DNA of 64,000 bases, taken from contig PBIN01000014.1 in assembly GCA_002720855.1 (NCBI GenBank), positions 705,076-769,075 of the forward strand. Direction: 5' to 3'. The position numbers and the translations under genes are program-made. This document shows, one piece after another, positions 25,443 to 34,237 of the stretch. The first letter of the stretch is position 1; each line of letters starts with the position of its first letter. The notes below the pieces were generated by a model. The model saw only the letters and a program-made list of their open reading frames with translations. It did no database searches and was not told the DNA's origin. This stretch comes from Rhodospirillaceae bacterium (GTDB lineage: Bacteria > Pseudomonadota > Alphaproteobacteria > MPNO01 > UBA2964).

Positions 25443-26621
25443 ATGCAGCGGGTTCTGTCTAATTTTGGATTATTTACAGCCTCTTTGCTAATCGGTGCTG
25501 TATTTATTGAGATTTTTACAGTTCGCTTTTTGTTACCTAAACTCCCATTAAGATTGCATCATCATTTTGGGGCGCTCTCCGTACTGGCCCAGCCGACGAA
25601 AAACGGTGTGTTGCCAAAAAACTACACTTTGTTGCTCGGTGATTCTTTTGCCCATGGTCTAGGAGATTGGCTATTTACGGCTGACCACGGGACGAACGCA
25701 AAGTTTCATTCTTTGCACGTCATTCGGGATCTGACAGGATGGGATATAGTTATCATGGGTAGGGGCGGCAGTGGTAGTCCAGCATCACTGGTTGGTCAGC
25801 CGCTATATAGTTTTACTGAAATAAATGCATCGCCTTATTTAGAATTAGAACCACCGAGTAGGATAATTGCGTATTTTTATGAAGGAAATGATTTAAATAA
25901 TAACACTACGAAGGGTGACAACGACGATATTGAGGCGGAAATCTCAGATGCTCGTCGACGTATTGGTTATGAGATTAAGACGATCAAACCTTGGTTTTTT
26001 TGGATAACCGGTGTCCTCAGGATAGCGAGGCATAATTTTAAAGTTGCGATGGGTTGGACTAAGCCAAGTCTTATCGGATATCCGCCAGCAGATTCCTGGC
26101 GTACATGGAAGTCCGGGCCTAATAAATTAAAACTAGAAGATCGTGAAATTTTTGCCCCACCGTTGCAAGGACCTAGTCCGTTGCTGTCTGAGAAGACGAT
26201 TAATGATGGTGTCGAGGTGTTTTATAAAAGTTTGGAGAACTTGCGAAATCGGTTTCCAAGGTCCAAAGTCTTTGTTGCTTATATTCCCTCAGTAATGACG
26301 AGTTATCGGCATGCAGGAGAAGTGGGTATTGCTCATATCCAGGTCAGAGGCCGACCTAAAAGACCAATCCCCATTAAATTTATGGAAGAAAGAAGTGATC
26401 GTATTTGCGGGTTGATACTTGAAGCGAGTATACGCGCTGGTGCTAGATTTATAGATGTTAGGCCAAGCATTTGGGAGGCGACAAAGAGCGACATTTTGCA
26501 TGGCCCGAGGGACGCTTCTCACTTCAACAAGCTCGGTTACGAAGTCTTGGGTAAAACAGTTGTTGATGCAATTCAACGTGATGGAACGCAAAAAAGTTGC
26601 ACAAGACTTGATAGAAAATAA
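25443..26621 (+). CDS. membrane-anchored SGNH/GDSL-like hydrolase, hypothetical
   Basis: N-terminal TM segment, LLLGDSFAHG (block I GDS) and PRDASHFNKLGYEVLG (block V DxxH). AT-richer than its surroundings. Confidence 0.6.
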   Translation: MQRVLSNFGLFTASLLIGAVFIEIFTVRFLLPKLPLRLHHHFGALSVLAQPTKNGVLPKNYTLLLGDSFAHGLGDWLFTADHGTNAKFHSLHVIRDLTGWDIVIMGRGGSGSPASLVGQPLYSFTEINASPYLELEPPSRIIAYFYEGNDLNNNTTKGDNDDIEAEISDARRRIGYEIKTIKPWFFWITGVLRIARHNFKVAMGWTKPSLIGYPPADSWRTWKSGPNKLKLEDREIFAPPLQGPSPLLSEKTINDGVEVFYKSLENLRNRFPRSKVFVAYIPSVMTSYRHAGEVGIAHIQVRGRPKRPIPIKFMEERSDRICGLILEASIRAGARFIDVRPSIWEATKSDILHGPRDASHFNKLGYEVLGKTVVDAIQRDGTQKSCTRLDRK

Positions 26622-26646
26622 TCTAACTAATTCAAGAAAAACAGAT

Positions 26647-27648
26647 TTAGTGAGTTTGTTTTATCGCATGAATTAGTGTTTCAAGGTAGATTTTAGAAGA
26701 TGCGTTTAATCCCGAATATTGCGCTGCCTTACGAACGACCCATTGTTGTTCGATGTGAAGGAACCGACCGGAAGGCATCTTGGCGCTTTTGCGGCATATG
26801 TTTTTGCTGCCGTTAAGATATCGTCCTTGTACGTTCGTTCGTGCACATAGTTTACGATATCCGAAGACATCGTCATCAGTGTCCTGACAGCTCGTTGCTA
26901 CGGCCTGACTGCCCAAAGCCTTTCTCAATTCGTCTCGAACTCTTCCCGCAATTCCCGAATCCTTAGATTTTCTTTTGCGGGATCCGTCAGACAAAACAAA
27001 AAGCGTTTCAGTTCCTCGTCCCGCAAATCCATGCAATTGTATGAAAATAGATTTCGGCCAAATGTTTGCCAGTAATACATGCGTTTCGTGAAACAAATTT
27101 TCCAGATGATGCGCTGGATCAGAAACAGGATAGCGCTGCCGACCACCACCGCAAATCCTCGTTTTGCCGCTGCATAATGTTTTTTGTGTAGCCGCGCATC
27201 GATGATTGCCCGAGATGATTGCCGCACGGCCTCGCAACGCTTGCAGCAATACAATGGCCTGTATTCCGGTGGCACGATCTTTGATAGGGTGCGGTGCTGA
27301 AAAAACGATATTACGTTCGGCTTTTTCCGCTATCACGACGTAAGGTTCAGCTGCAGGTTTGCTAGGTCCTACGAGCCAGAATTTTTGGCCGTCTTCGATA
27401 TATCTTTCGACAATAAACCCGTTAACTAACGATTTTGAATCTGTTTGAACATAGGATTTGTCAATTAATGCCCGGATAATCGTTTCAATTTCTGATCGTC
27501 TTTGTTTTGTCAGTTGAATATCTTGAATCGAGTTTGCCGGCAGGTAATTGGCGGTTCGAATTCTGTCGAGAAGGGTTTCCGCGTTTGCATTCAACGTATT
27601 GGCGATGAGAACGCAGTATATCGCAAAAACCGTAATAAGCTTGTGCAT
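26647..27648 (-). CDS. secreted hypothetical protein, Cys-rich
   Basis: Signal peptide MHKLITVFAIYCVLIANTLNANA. FSAPHPIKDRATG and IQLHGFAG are faintly reminiscent of the PghP/N-formylglutamate-amidohydrolase fold (weak). Confidence 0.55.
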   Translation of the reverse strand: MHKLITVFAIYCVLIANTLNANAETLLDRIRTANYLPANSIQDIQLTKQRRSEIETIIRALIDKSYVQTDSKSLVNGFIVERYIEDGQKFWLVGPSKPAAEPYVVIAEKAERNIVFSAPHPIKDRATGIQAIVLLQALRGRAAIISGNHRCAATQKTLCSGKTRICGGGRQRYPVSDPAHHLENLFHETHVLLANIWPKSIFIQLHGFAGRGTETLFVLSDGSRKRKSKDSGIAGRVRDELRKALGSQAVATSCQDTDDDVFGYRKLCARTNVQGRYLNGSKNICRKSAKMPSGRFLHIEQQWVVRKAAQYSGLNASSKIYLETLIHAIKQTH

Positions 27649-27683
27649 CTGAAATATGCTCTTTCGTCTGTCACCGCCAAGAA

Positions 27684-28388
27684 TTATCTTTCGGGATCAC
27701 CAGCAGTCATGTAATCCCACATTCTCTCGTATATTCTGCCAGTTCCAGTCGCGCGAACTTTCGCTTCAGCATCGGTAAAACAGGCAGAATTTCCTTCGTC
27801 ATTCGACGCGATAACTGCAAGTTCAGTGATCGCGGATTCTTCAAGATAAAACGCCATAACGATACTTTCCTCCACCGACGATGCCACGCATACGGCACCG
27901 TTGCCGCGCATAACAATCGCCCGTGCACTTCCCAACGTTTCAGCGAACTCTGTGGCTTGTTCATCGGAGCGGAGTAAAAGTGGATCGTCCCAAAGTGGCG
28001 GTTCAGGGAAAAAGTAAGAGCCAAATCCGAGTCGTGCTTTTGGTGTCCTTCTAAATGTTGATAGCGTCATCACGTTTCGTGGAAACACTCGGCAAATTCC
28101 GTTGACGTCATCGCGCGCAGCGTAAATTTGCTGATGACAACGCACTTCACCCAGAACACCCTCAGGCAATTGGCCAGAAACGGGAACTATTGTTCCTTTT
28201 TCACCTGGCTCGATTAGCCCCATTGGCCGGGGGGCACAAACGAGAAAGTTGTTTTCGTCGATCCTGGCGCTGACATGACCATATGCATGGACCAGATTCT
28301 GCCGAGCCAATGCCCTGGCAGCGAGTCGAACTCGGCGTTGCGTATTTTCCAGGGGCTCACCAATTGAGCCAAATTCTATTTCTTCCAT
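27684..28388 (-). CDS. class II aldolase/adducin-fold protein lacking the His metal triad (paralogue 3)
   Basis: Collinear with the other paralogues, but ICRVFPRNV replaces the HxH segment and VMRGNGAVCV replaces xRxHG. Confidence 0.8.
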   Translation of the reverse strand: MEEIEFGSIGEPLENTQRRVRLAARALARQNLVHAYGHVSARIDENNFLVCAPRPMGLIEPGEKGTIVPVSGQLPEGVLGEVRCHQQIYAARDDVNGICRVFPRNVMTLSTFRRTPKARLGFGSYFFPEPPLWDDPLLLRSDEQATEFAETLGSARAIVMRGNGAVCVASSVEESIVMAFYLEESAITELAVIASNDEGNSACFTDAEAKVRATGTGRIYERMWDYMTAGDPER

Positions 28389-28396
28389 TCCTCGGT

Positions 28397-29251
28397 TCAG
28401 TCTCGAAACTCAGGAATGTCCGGTTTCGCGCCCCAGGCGCAAAATGCATCGGGAGTGAATGGAAACTGGCGTGGCCGATAATTCGGATCATCTATTATTT
28501 TCACGCCGTGTGAATACTCATAAATCATGTCGTCAGGGCCCTCGTAATAGAGGAACATGGCCCCAGAAGTCACGTGGCGGCCAGGTCCAAAAACAATATG
28601 AACCTGTTTATCTGAAAGATAATAGTACGACCGCATAACGTCATCGATGCTATCCACTTGGAAGTTGATATGCTGAATTCCGGGTTTGTCAGCGGGGAAA
28701 AGAGCGATGCGATGATGAACCGAATCAAACGACAATAGGCCGGCGTCCCCGATCCAGTCATTTGGGCGAATGTTAAAGTGGGTCGTCCAAAACTTTTCAT
28801 CCCGAGGGGCATCGGTTGTTTTTAATCCCACATGACTAAATTCCGAAATGCCCGCATCTCTTGTAGGAAAATAACGCCTGGGAGATTTCTGAGGTCTTAA
28901 AACGATTTCAAATTTATTTCCGGTGGGATCAAAAAACTTGAAGAATTTTCCGACTCGACGATCTGCATTTTCTTTTTCTGAACCCCATCCTACTTCGACC
29001 CCCGTTGCACTTAGGTCGTCGAATGCTGATTCCATGGAAGCTTCATCCGATACCTCGAACCCGACGACATGTTCCTCTACACCGCCCTGGACATAGCAGA
29101 TATCGTGGTCTCGATCGTCGCCGCGGACATAAACTCGGTCGTCTTCCCGTCTTACTTCCTGAAGTCCAATTGTTTCAGTGGCGAATTGCGCAGCTTCATC
29201 AAGATTGGCCGCGCCGACGCGCAGGTATGCAAGGTCAATAATTTCGATCAT
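28397..29251 (-). CDS. two-domain type I extradiol ring-cleavage dioxygenase (VOC superfamily)
   Basis: FSHVGL, GIQHINFQV, GPGRHVTSGA and MIYEYSHG give the His/His/Glu iron ligands and the GRH motif. Confidence 0.85.
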   Translation of the reverse strand: MIEIIDLAYLRVGAANLDEAAQFATETIGLQEVRREDDRVYVRGDDRDHDICYVQGGVEEHVVGFEVSDEASMESAFDDLSATGVEVGWGSEKENADRRVGKFFKFFDPTGNKFEIVLRPQKSPRRYFPTRDAGISEFSHVGLKTTDAPRDEKFWTTHFNIRPNDWIGDAGLLSFDSVHHRIALFPADKPGIQHINFQVDSIDDVMRSYYYLSDKQVHIVFGPGRHVTSGAMFLYYEGPDDMIYEYSHGVKIIDDPNYRPRQFPFTPDAFCAWGAKPDIPEFRD

Positions 29252-29328
29252 GCGACTATGATAAATCGCAATTAATACGGTGCAAGCTTTACGATAAAAA
29301 AGTTCGAACCCTAAAATAGTCGCTCAGT

Positions 29329-30036
29329 TTATCCGTTACTTGCCATTCGCTCCCTTAAACCCATCAATTCGCTACGGAGCTCCTCAATTTCCTTGAAATC
29401 TTGGCCAAGATTTTCATCGCTGTTTGAATACACATCATTGTCTTCATCGCCGGCATATGTGACAGGTCCAACGGCGTCTTCAATTCTGCCGATTAAATCG
29501 CGGATACCCGGGCTGACAGATTGATCCATTTTTGATGAAATTGGTTCGATAGTCTCAGGCACCGACTCCGGTATCTGGCTTTCGTCGTGGGCGATAACAT
29601 CTTCATTTTCCAACGATTCTTCGATAGCTGCGATTAAGTCTTCGGCTGCATCTGTTTCAGCTTCATTGCCCGAGCCAGTGTCAACAGACTTGTCACCTAT
29701 ATGTTCTGGGGGAACGATTTCGGTTTCACCTGAAAGGAGCGTATCCGCCATCCCTCTTATTTTGGGAACTGTCTCATCCGTTGCTTGCGATAGATTAGTT
29801 TCCACCGCGGACAATAAGACTTGAATAAGTTCCGTCAGTTCAATTTTTGTCTCTTCTAAGCCCTCGATGTGTTCTCTCATCGTGGCGATTTCGGATCTTT
29901 GATCCAAATATCTGTCCCGAATTTGTTCCCATATCTCGGCGAGTGCGGTGCTTTCACGTTCTCGAGTTTGGTGAGCGGTTTGGAGACGAGCGTTGATCAG
30001 CTCTATACGTTCCTTTAAACCTTCTAAATCCGACAT
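29329..30036 (-). CDS. acidic coiled-coil protein, hypothetical
   Basis: Predicted heptad-rich ends (MSDLEGLKERIELINARLQ..., ...IEELRSELMGLRERM) flank a very acidic Asp/Glu-rich middle. The ORF track's TTG start at 30084 is less likely than ATG 30036. Confidence 0.55.
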   Translation of the reverse strand: MSDLEGLKERIELINARLQTAHQTRERESTALAEIWEQIRDRYLDQRSEIATMREHIEGLEETKIELTELIQVLLSAVETNLSQATDETVPKIRGMADTLLSGETEIVPPEHIGDKSVDTGSGNEAETDAAEDLIAAIEESLENEDVIAHDESQIPESVPETIEPISSKMDQSVSPGIRDLIGRIEDAVGPVTYAGDEDNDVYSNSDENLGQDFKEIEELRSELMGLRERMASNG

Positions 30037-30214
30037 ATTTGTCCAACTCTCTATGATCGCTGTTGATAACAAATTAGCGGTCAATCAGTTTAGACTTTGT
30101 TAACGCTAAAATTTAGCGAGAAATCAGCGGCTCGCTTCGTTGACATTGTTAATGCCTTCGGCGACGGTGCGCTGATTAGAAACAAGAAACCGAGCTGGAT
30201 CCGAAACCTAAATC

Positions 30215-31264
30215 ATGGATTTAATTTCTGTTTTGCTACACGTCGTTTGGGGCGGAATAGTGCTTGCTGCCGCAGCTTTGGTGACACGGTTCATGATACG
30301 CATCCATATACTTGCTCTACCAAATCACCGATCTTCACATGACACACCAACTCCCAGCAGTGGCGGTGTTTCAATCGTCCTCGTCACAGTCATTGGAATC
30401 TTGATCTACTGTTTCACAGGCGAGGATTCATCGGCCTGGTCCGCCTCTTTGGCCGGGCTTCTCGTTGGTTCTGTATTCGTTTCCGTCGTAGGCCTTTTTG
30501 ACGATCTTGGACGGCTCTCCAATTTTAAATACAAACTGTTGTCCCAATTCGTTGCCGTTTTAGTTTTATTTCTGTGTGACATCGTCATAGACAGCGTAAC
30601 CTTGCCACATTGGGGCAAGGTTGATCTCGGCTGGTTCGGTTACATTGTAACGCTGATTTGGGTGATTGGACTGACCAACGCCTTTAACTTTATGGATGGC
30701 CTCGATGGAATGGCTGGAGGGGCCGCTGCAGTAGCGGCATTCTGCTTTGCTTTTGTCGCCTTCATATTAGGGTCTGAGTTGATTTTCGTGATCAGTTACC
30801 TTGTTTTGGCGGCGATTGTTGGCTTCCTGATATTCAACTTTCCCAAAGCTAAAATTTTTATGGGCGACGTCGGTAGTCAGTTTTTGGGCTTTATGCTTGC
30901 AGCGCTAGCTGTTGTCGGAACAAAAGGGGAAGCGTCCCAAATTCCACTCTTGGTTATGCCATTACTTTTCGCCCACTTCATATTCGATACGTCATTTACG
31001 TTTCTTCGGCGTTTACACGCTAGAGAGAACGTTACGGAAGCGCATCGCTCGCATTTGTATCAGTTAATAAATCGAATGGGCTGGTCGCATCCGAAAGTAA
31101 CCTTGCTTTATGGCGCGATGGCAGCATTGCAGGGGTTGGCAGCAATCTGGATGATTGAAATGAATATAGGTGGTCAGGTCTTGATCGTCGCTGGATTTCT
31201 TGCAATCTACATTATTTTTATGCTGCTCGTCGTTCGTGCGGCTCGAGCCAAATCATTGCTTTAG
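30215..31264 (+). CDS. glycosyltransferase family 4 polyprenyl-phosphate sugar-1-phosphate transferase (WecA/MraY-like)
   Basis: NAFNFMDGLDGMAGG, multiple TM segments and a FMGDVGSQFLG motif. Confidence 0.85.
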   Translation: MDLISVLLHVVWGGIVLAAAALVTRFMIRIHILALPNHRSSHDTPTPSSGGVSIVLVTVIGILIYCFTGEDSSAWSASLAGLLVGSVFVSVVGLFDDLGRLSNFKYKLLSQFVAVLVLFLCDIVIDSVTLPHWGKVDLGWFGYIVTLIWVIGLTNAFNFMDGLDGMAGGAAAVAAFCFAFVAFILGSELIFVISYLVLAAIVGFLIFNFPKAKIFMGDVGSQFLGFMLAALAVVGTKGEASQIPLLVMPLLFAHFIFDTSFTFLRRLHARENVTEAHRSHLYQLINRMGWSHPKVTLLYGAMAALQGLAAIWMIEMNIGGQVLIVAGFLAIYIIFMLLVVRAARAKSLL

Positions 31265-31371
31265 GTAGGAATTTCAGCAATTCATCGATTACCAATCTGG
31301 ATTCCTGTTTCTCTGAGCCCGACTTCTGTATAATTGCTGATAATTTCGATTTTGAATTAGGGGAATTTTTT

Positions 31372-32073
31372 ATGGTTGATGCTTTTGAAGACCATTGCTG
31401 GCAGGGTTTCATTGATGACGAAACCCAAGAAATATACAGCCACTACAAACGAGATGTATTTGTAGGTGAAAACCCTGCTGTTCTCATGGTCGATGTATAC
31501 AAAGCAAGTTACGAGGGCGGACAGCAGAAAGTTATCGATGTAATTAAAGAACATCCAAGCTCTTGTGGCGAACGGGCTTGGGCAATGGTTGAGCCAGCGA
31601 AGCAGCTACTCAGCGCAGCGCGGGCAGCGGGTGTCCCTGTGACCTACTGTACTGGCGACACCAGAAGTCACTCGAATAAAGGCCGTGCGACAAACCGCCA
31701 AGTTCTAGATGAACACGAAGAATCATACGAAATTCTTGAAGAATTGGCCCCACAGTCTGATGAGCTCGTTGTCTATAAACAAAGGGCAAGCGCATTTTAT
31801 GGCACGCCACTTTTATCGCATCTTACTCAGATGGGAATCCAAAGCCTCATCATGGGTGGCGGAACGACGAGCGGGTGTTTGCGGGCAGCTGTTCAAGATG
31901 CGAAGGCCAATGGGTTCCACGTAACATTGGTGGAAGAGTGTTGTTATGACCGAACACCAATTAACCACATGGTCAACCTATTTGATATGCATCACAAATA
32001 TGCGGATGTGATGCACCTCAAGGACGTAGTGGAACATCTCGACAGTCTTAGCGAGTTAAAGAAAGCAAGCTAA
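31372..32073 (+). CDS. isochorismatase-family cysteine hydrolase (N-carbamoylsarcosine/maleamate amidase-like)
   Basis: VLMVDV (Asp), YKQRASAFYGT (Lys) and GGTTSGCLRAA (Cys) give the catalytic triad pattern. Confidence 0.85.
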   Translation: MVDAFEDHCWQGFIDDETQEIYSHYKRDVFVGENPAVLMVDVYKASYEGGQQKVIDVIKEHPSSCGERAWAMVEPAKQLLSAARAAGVPVTYCTGDTRSHSNKGRATNRQVLDEHEESYEILEELAPQSDELVVYKQRASAFYGTPLLSHLTQMGIQSLIMGGGTTSGCLRAAVQDAKANGFHVTLVEECCYDRTPINHMVNLFDMHHKYADVMHLKDVVEHLDSLSELKKAS

Positions 32074-32080
32074 ATAAATC

Positions 32081-33220
32081 TCAGGAATCTGATAGTGCTT
32101 TCGTAAGAGCGGCTTTTATCGATTGCTGTTCAAGTGATTCTAATATTTCGACACCCGCGTGATTGATGTCGCCACGGGTAATCATTGCATTCGTCAGCCG
32201 GTAAATCGGATCGTGTTTTTCATCGTTGGCCGTAGAGGAAAAAAGGACTGCCTCAAGAAGAGCAGGGCCGCGCTTTTTTCGGACACGGTCGGTCAAGGAT
32301 TTGGTTGCAGTAGCAATGGAAACGACATCACTGCCGTCCACGACAGCCCAATCAATGCCGTACTCTTCTGCATGTTGGGCGGCGCAATTTGCAGTAGTGT
32401 CATCCGTTTCAAGAAGGTGATCAGAAGAGCGTACGTGTTCGCAAACCATCAGAACGGGGTAATTTGCAGATCGGATTTTTATTAAGATTTCCTGACATTC
32501 GGAGGTTTTAAATTCGGCCCAGTTTACGTAGCAGACAACAACACCCATGCCGGTATCAGAGCATGGATCGTGCCGATAAATTGAATTGGCAAGGGTCGTT
32601 CCAAATTCTTGGTTGTATGGGCTACCGTTGATGAATTTCGTTTCCTGAACACGCCAGACAGAATTTTCTTTGAGGTAGCTGGCAAACAGCAAATCAATTC
32701 GATCCGAATTTGTTAGAACTTGATCTGTACGCAACCTGTTTCCCAGGACGTGATCACTTTTATTGAGGTTAAAAGCAACACCTGCGGAAACTGCTTCACT
32801 CTCGTAACCCCGTTTTTCCACCGCACTGATTTTTCCGGTTTTGGCCATCCCCTGTAAAGCGGCATCTATTATTCGGATTCGGATCATCCGCCGGAGAAGA
32901 TTCTGTATATCGTTGGTATTCCAGCCCAATAGATCCAGAGGCGCCGTGCATTGGCTTGGGTCCGCTATATCGTAGATATTCCATGATGGTGGCGTACGCG
33001 TTGTTTTTATTGCCTCTAATTCCAGCGAATTATTGGAAGAAAAAAAGTTTGCTTCTGAAAGAAAATCCATTCGATCGAGCAGCTCCTGTATACCGATTGC
33101 ACCGCTCGGAGGGGGGTCGATCGCTACGGCGATGTCCCGTAAATGGGAACTAGAGCCTTGGGGTGTTGGCTCCGGCTTTTTTGGAGATAATTCCGGAAAT
33201 TTCCGGTTCGCTTGCCCCAT
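32081..33220 (-). CDS. 2-oxoacid dehydrogenase E1-alpha-like protein lacking the ThDP-binding motif
   Basis: LLRRMIRIRIIDAALQGM..., YESEAVSAGVAFNLNKSDHV, IDWAVVDGSDVVSI, KRGPALLEAVLF and KHDPIYRL are collinear with E1-alpha. VCYVNWAEF...MVCEHV replaces GDGA...ENN. Confidence 0.7.
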   Translation of the reverse strand: MGQANRKFPELSPKKPEPTPQGSSSHLRDIAVAIDPPPSGAIGIQELLDRMDFLSEANFFSSNNSLELEAIKTTRTPPSWNIYDIADPSQCTAPLDLLGWNTNDIQNLLRRMIRIRIIDAALQGMAKTGKISAVEKRGYESEAVSAGVAFNLNKSDHVLGNRLRTDQVLTNSDRIDLLFASYLKENSVWRVQETKFINGSPYNQEFGTTLANSIYRHDPCSDTGMGVVVCYVNWAEFKTSECQEILIKIRSANYPVLMVCEHVRSSDHLLETDDTTANCAAQHAEEYGIDWAVVDGSDVVSIATATKSLTDRVRKKRGPALLEAVLFSSTANDEKHDPIYRLTNAMITRGDINHAGVEILESLEQQSIKAALTKALSDS

Positions 33221-33327
33221 GGGCGGATATCCACCGTTAACAAAATTAGTTTGACTTGCGTTCAGGAGACCAACGGTAGATTGGGGCCGTTAACAAAGCG
33301 TTGCTAAGACAGTACGACAGATGAGAT

Positions 33328-34089
33328 CTATGCGCGTTCGTCAGGTGATAATAGTTCAGCCCACTCGTCGGGGATAACGGCGGCTTCGAGTCCGCGACTA
33401 AGATAATAGCGCCACAACTTTACGGAATGATTTGTCCGCTTAAAGTTCGCGGCAAACTCATCGGACTCTAATTTGCTAAGTGGCTTGGGAGTACCCAAGC
33501 GTGACGCGTCATACAGTGCACGTGCGTTTTCGTCGAAGTGAACGGCATCGACCATAAGCGCCGGGATGCTTTCAGAACCTATAACCGCGCCGTGCGCCCT
33601 TAACAAAACGGCGTTGTGCTCGCCCATGGTTTCCGCCATCGCTCTACCGCGTTCCTGGGTGTCGATATGCCAGGACTCGGGATGAACGGGAATGCCGCTT
33701 GACCACCGATACGCATGATTTTTCATCGGAACCAATTCCACACCCTCGACCATAGTAAAAAGAGTGGCAATTTCAGGATGCCAATGCAGCACAGCGTTGA
33801 TATCAGGCCGTACACGCATGATCTCGGTATGAATCTCTAACTCATTGACCGGACGCGCATTTGGGTTGCCATCCAGTACGTTTCCATCCAGGTCGATGAT
33901 ATAGAGGTCATCTGGTGCCAAATCGTTCCGGCTGGCATCAAACGCCTGTATAAGAAGTGTTTCGCCATCGGGAAGACGCTGGCTAACGTGCCCGCTATAG
34001 CCAAGCACACCCTCATGATTAAGGAGCCGCGTGCACGCAGCAACTTCTACCTTGGCGGTCTCGACTCTGGAGTTCGATAGACCATCCAT
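33328..34089 (-). CDS. class II aldolase/adducin family protein (paralogue 4)
   Basis: AVLHWHPEIATL (HxH) and LLRAHGAVIGS (third His). Confidence 0.85.
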   Translation of the reverse strand: MDGLSNSRVETAKVEVAACTRLLNHEGVLGYSGHVSQRLPDGETLLIQAFDASRNDLAPDDLYIIDLDGNVLDGNPNARPVNELEIHTEIMRVRPDINAVLHWHPEIATLFTMVEGVELVPMKNHAYRWSSGIPVHPESWHIDTQERGRAMAETMGEHNAVLLRAHGAVIGSESIPALMVDAVHFDENARALYDASRLGTPKPLSKLESDEFAANFKRTNHSVKLWRYYLSRGLEAAVIPDEWAELLSPDERA

Positions 34090-34237
34090 AACTCACCCTC
34101 CCGCCAGTAGGCACACCTCTATGCCCTTGCTCATTTTCTTAAAAAGGTTGAAATAAGTGTCTTGAACCACCCGGATACTGTCAAGCGACGGGATAGTGTC
34201 GTTTTCATCTATTCCCACGACGAAAAGCTGATTGCAA

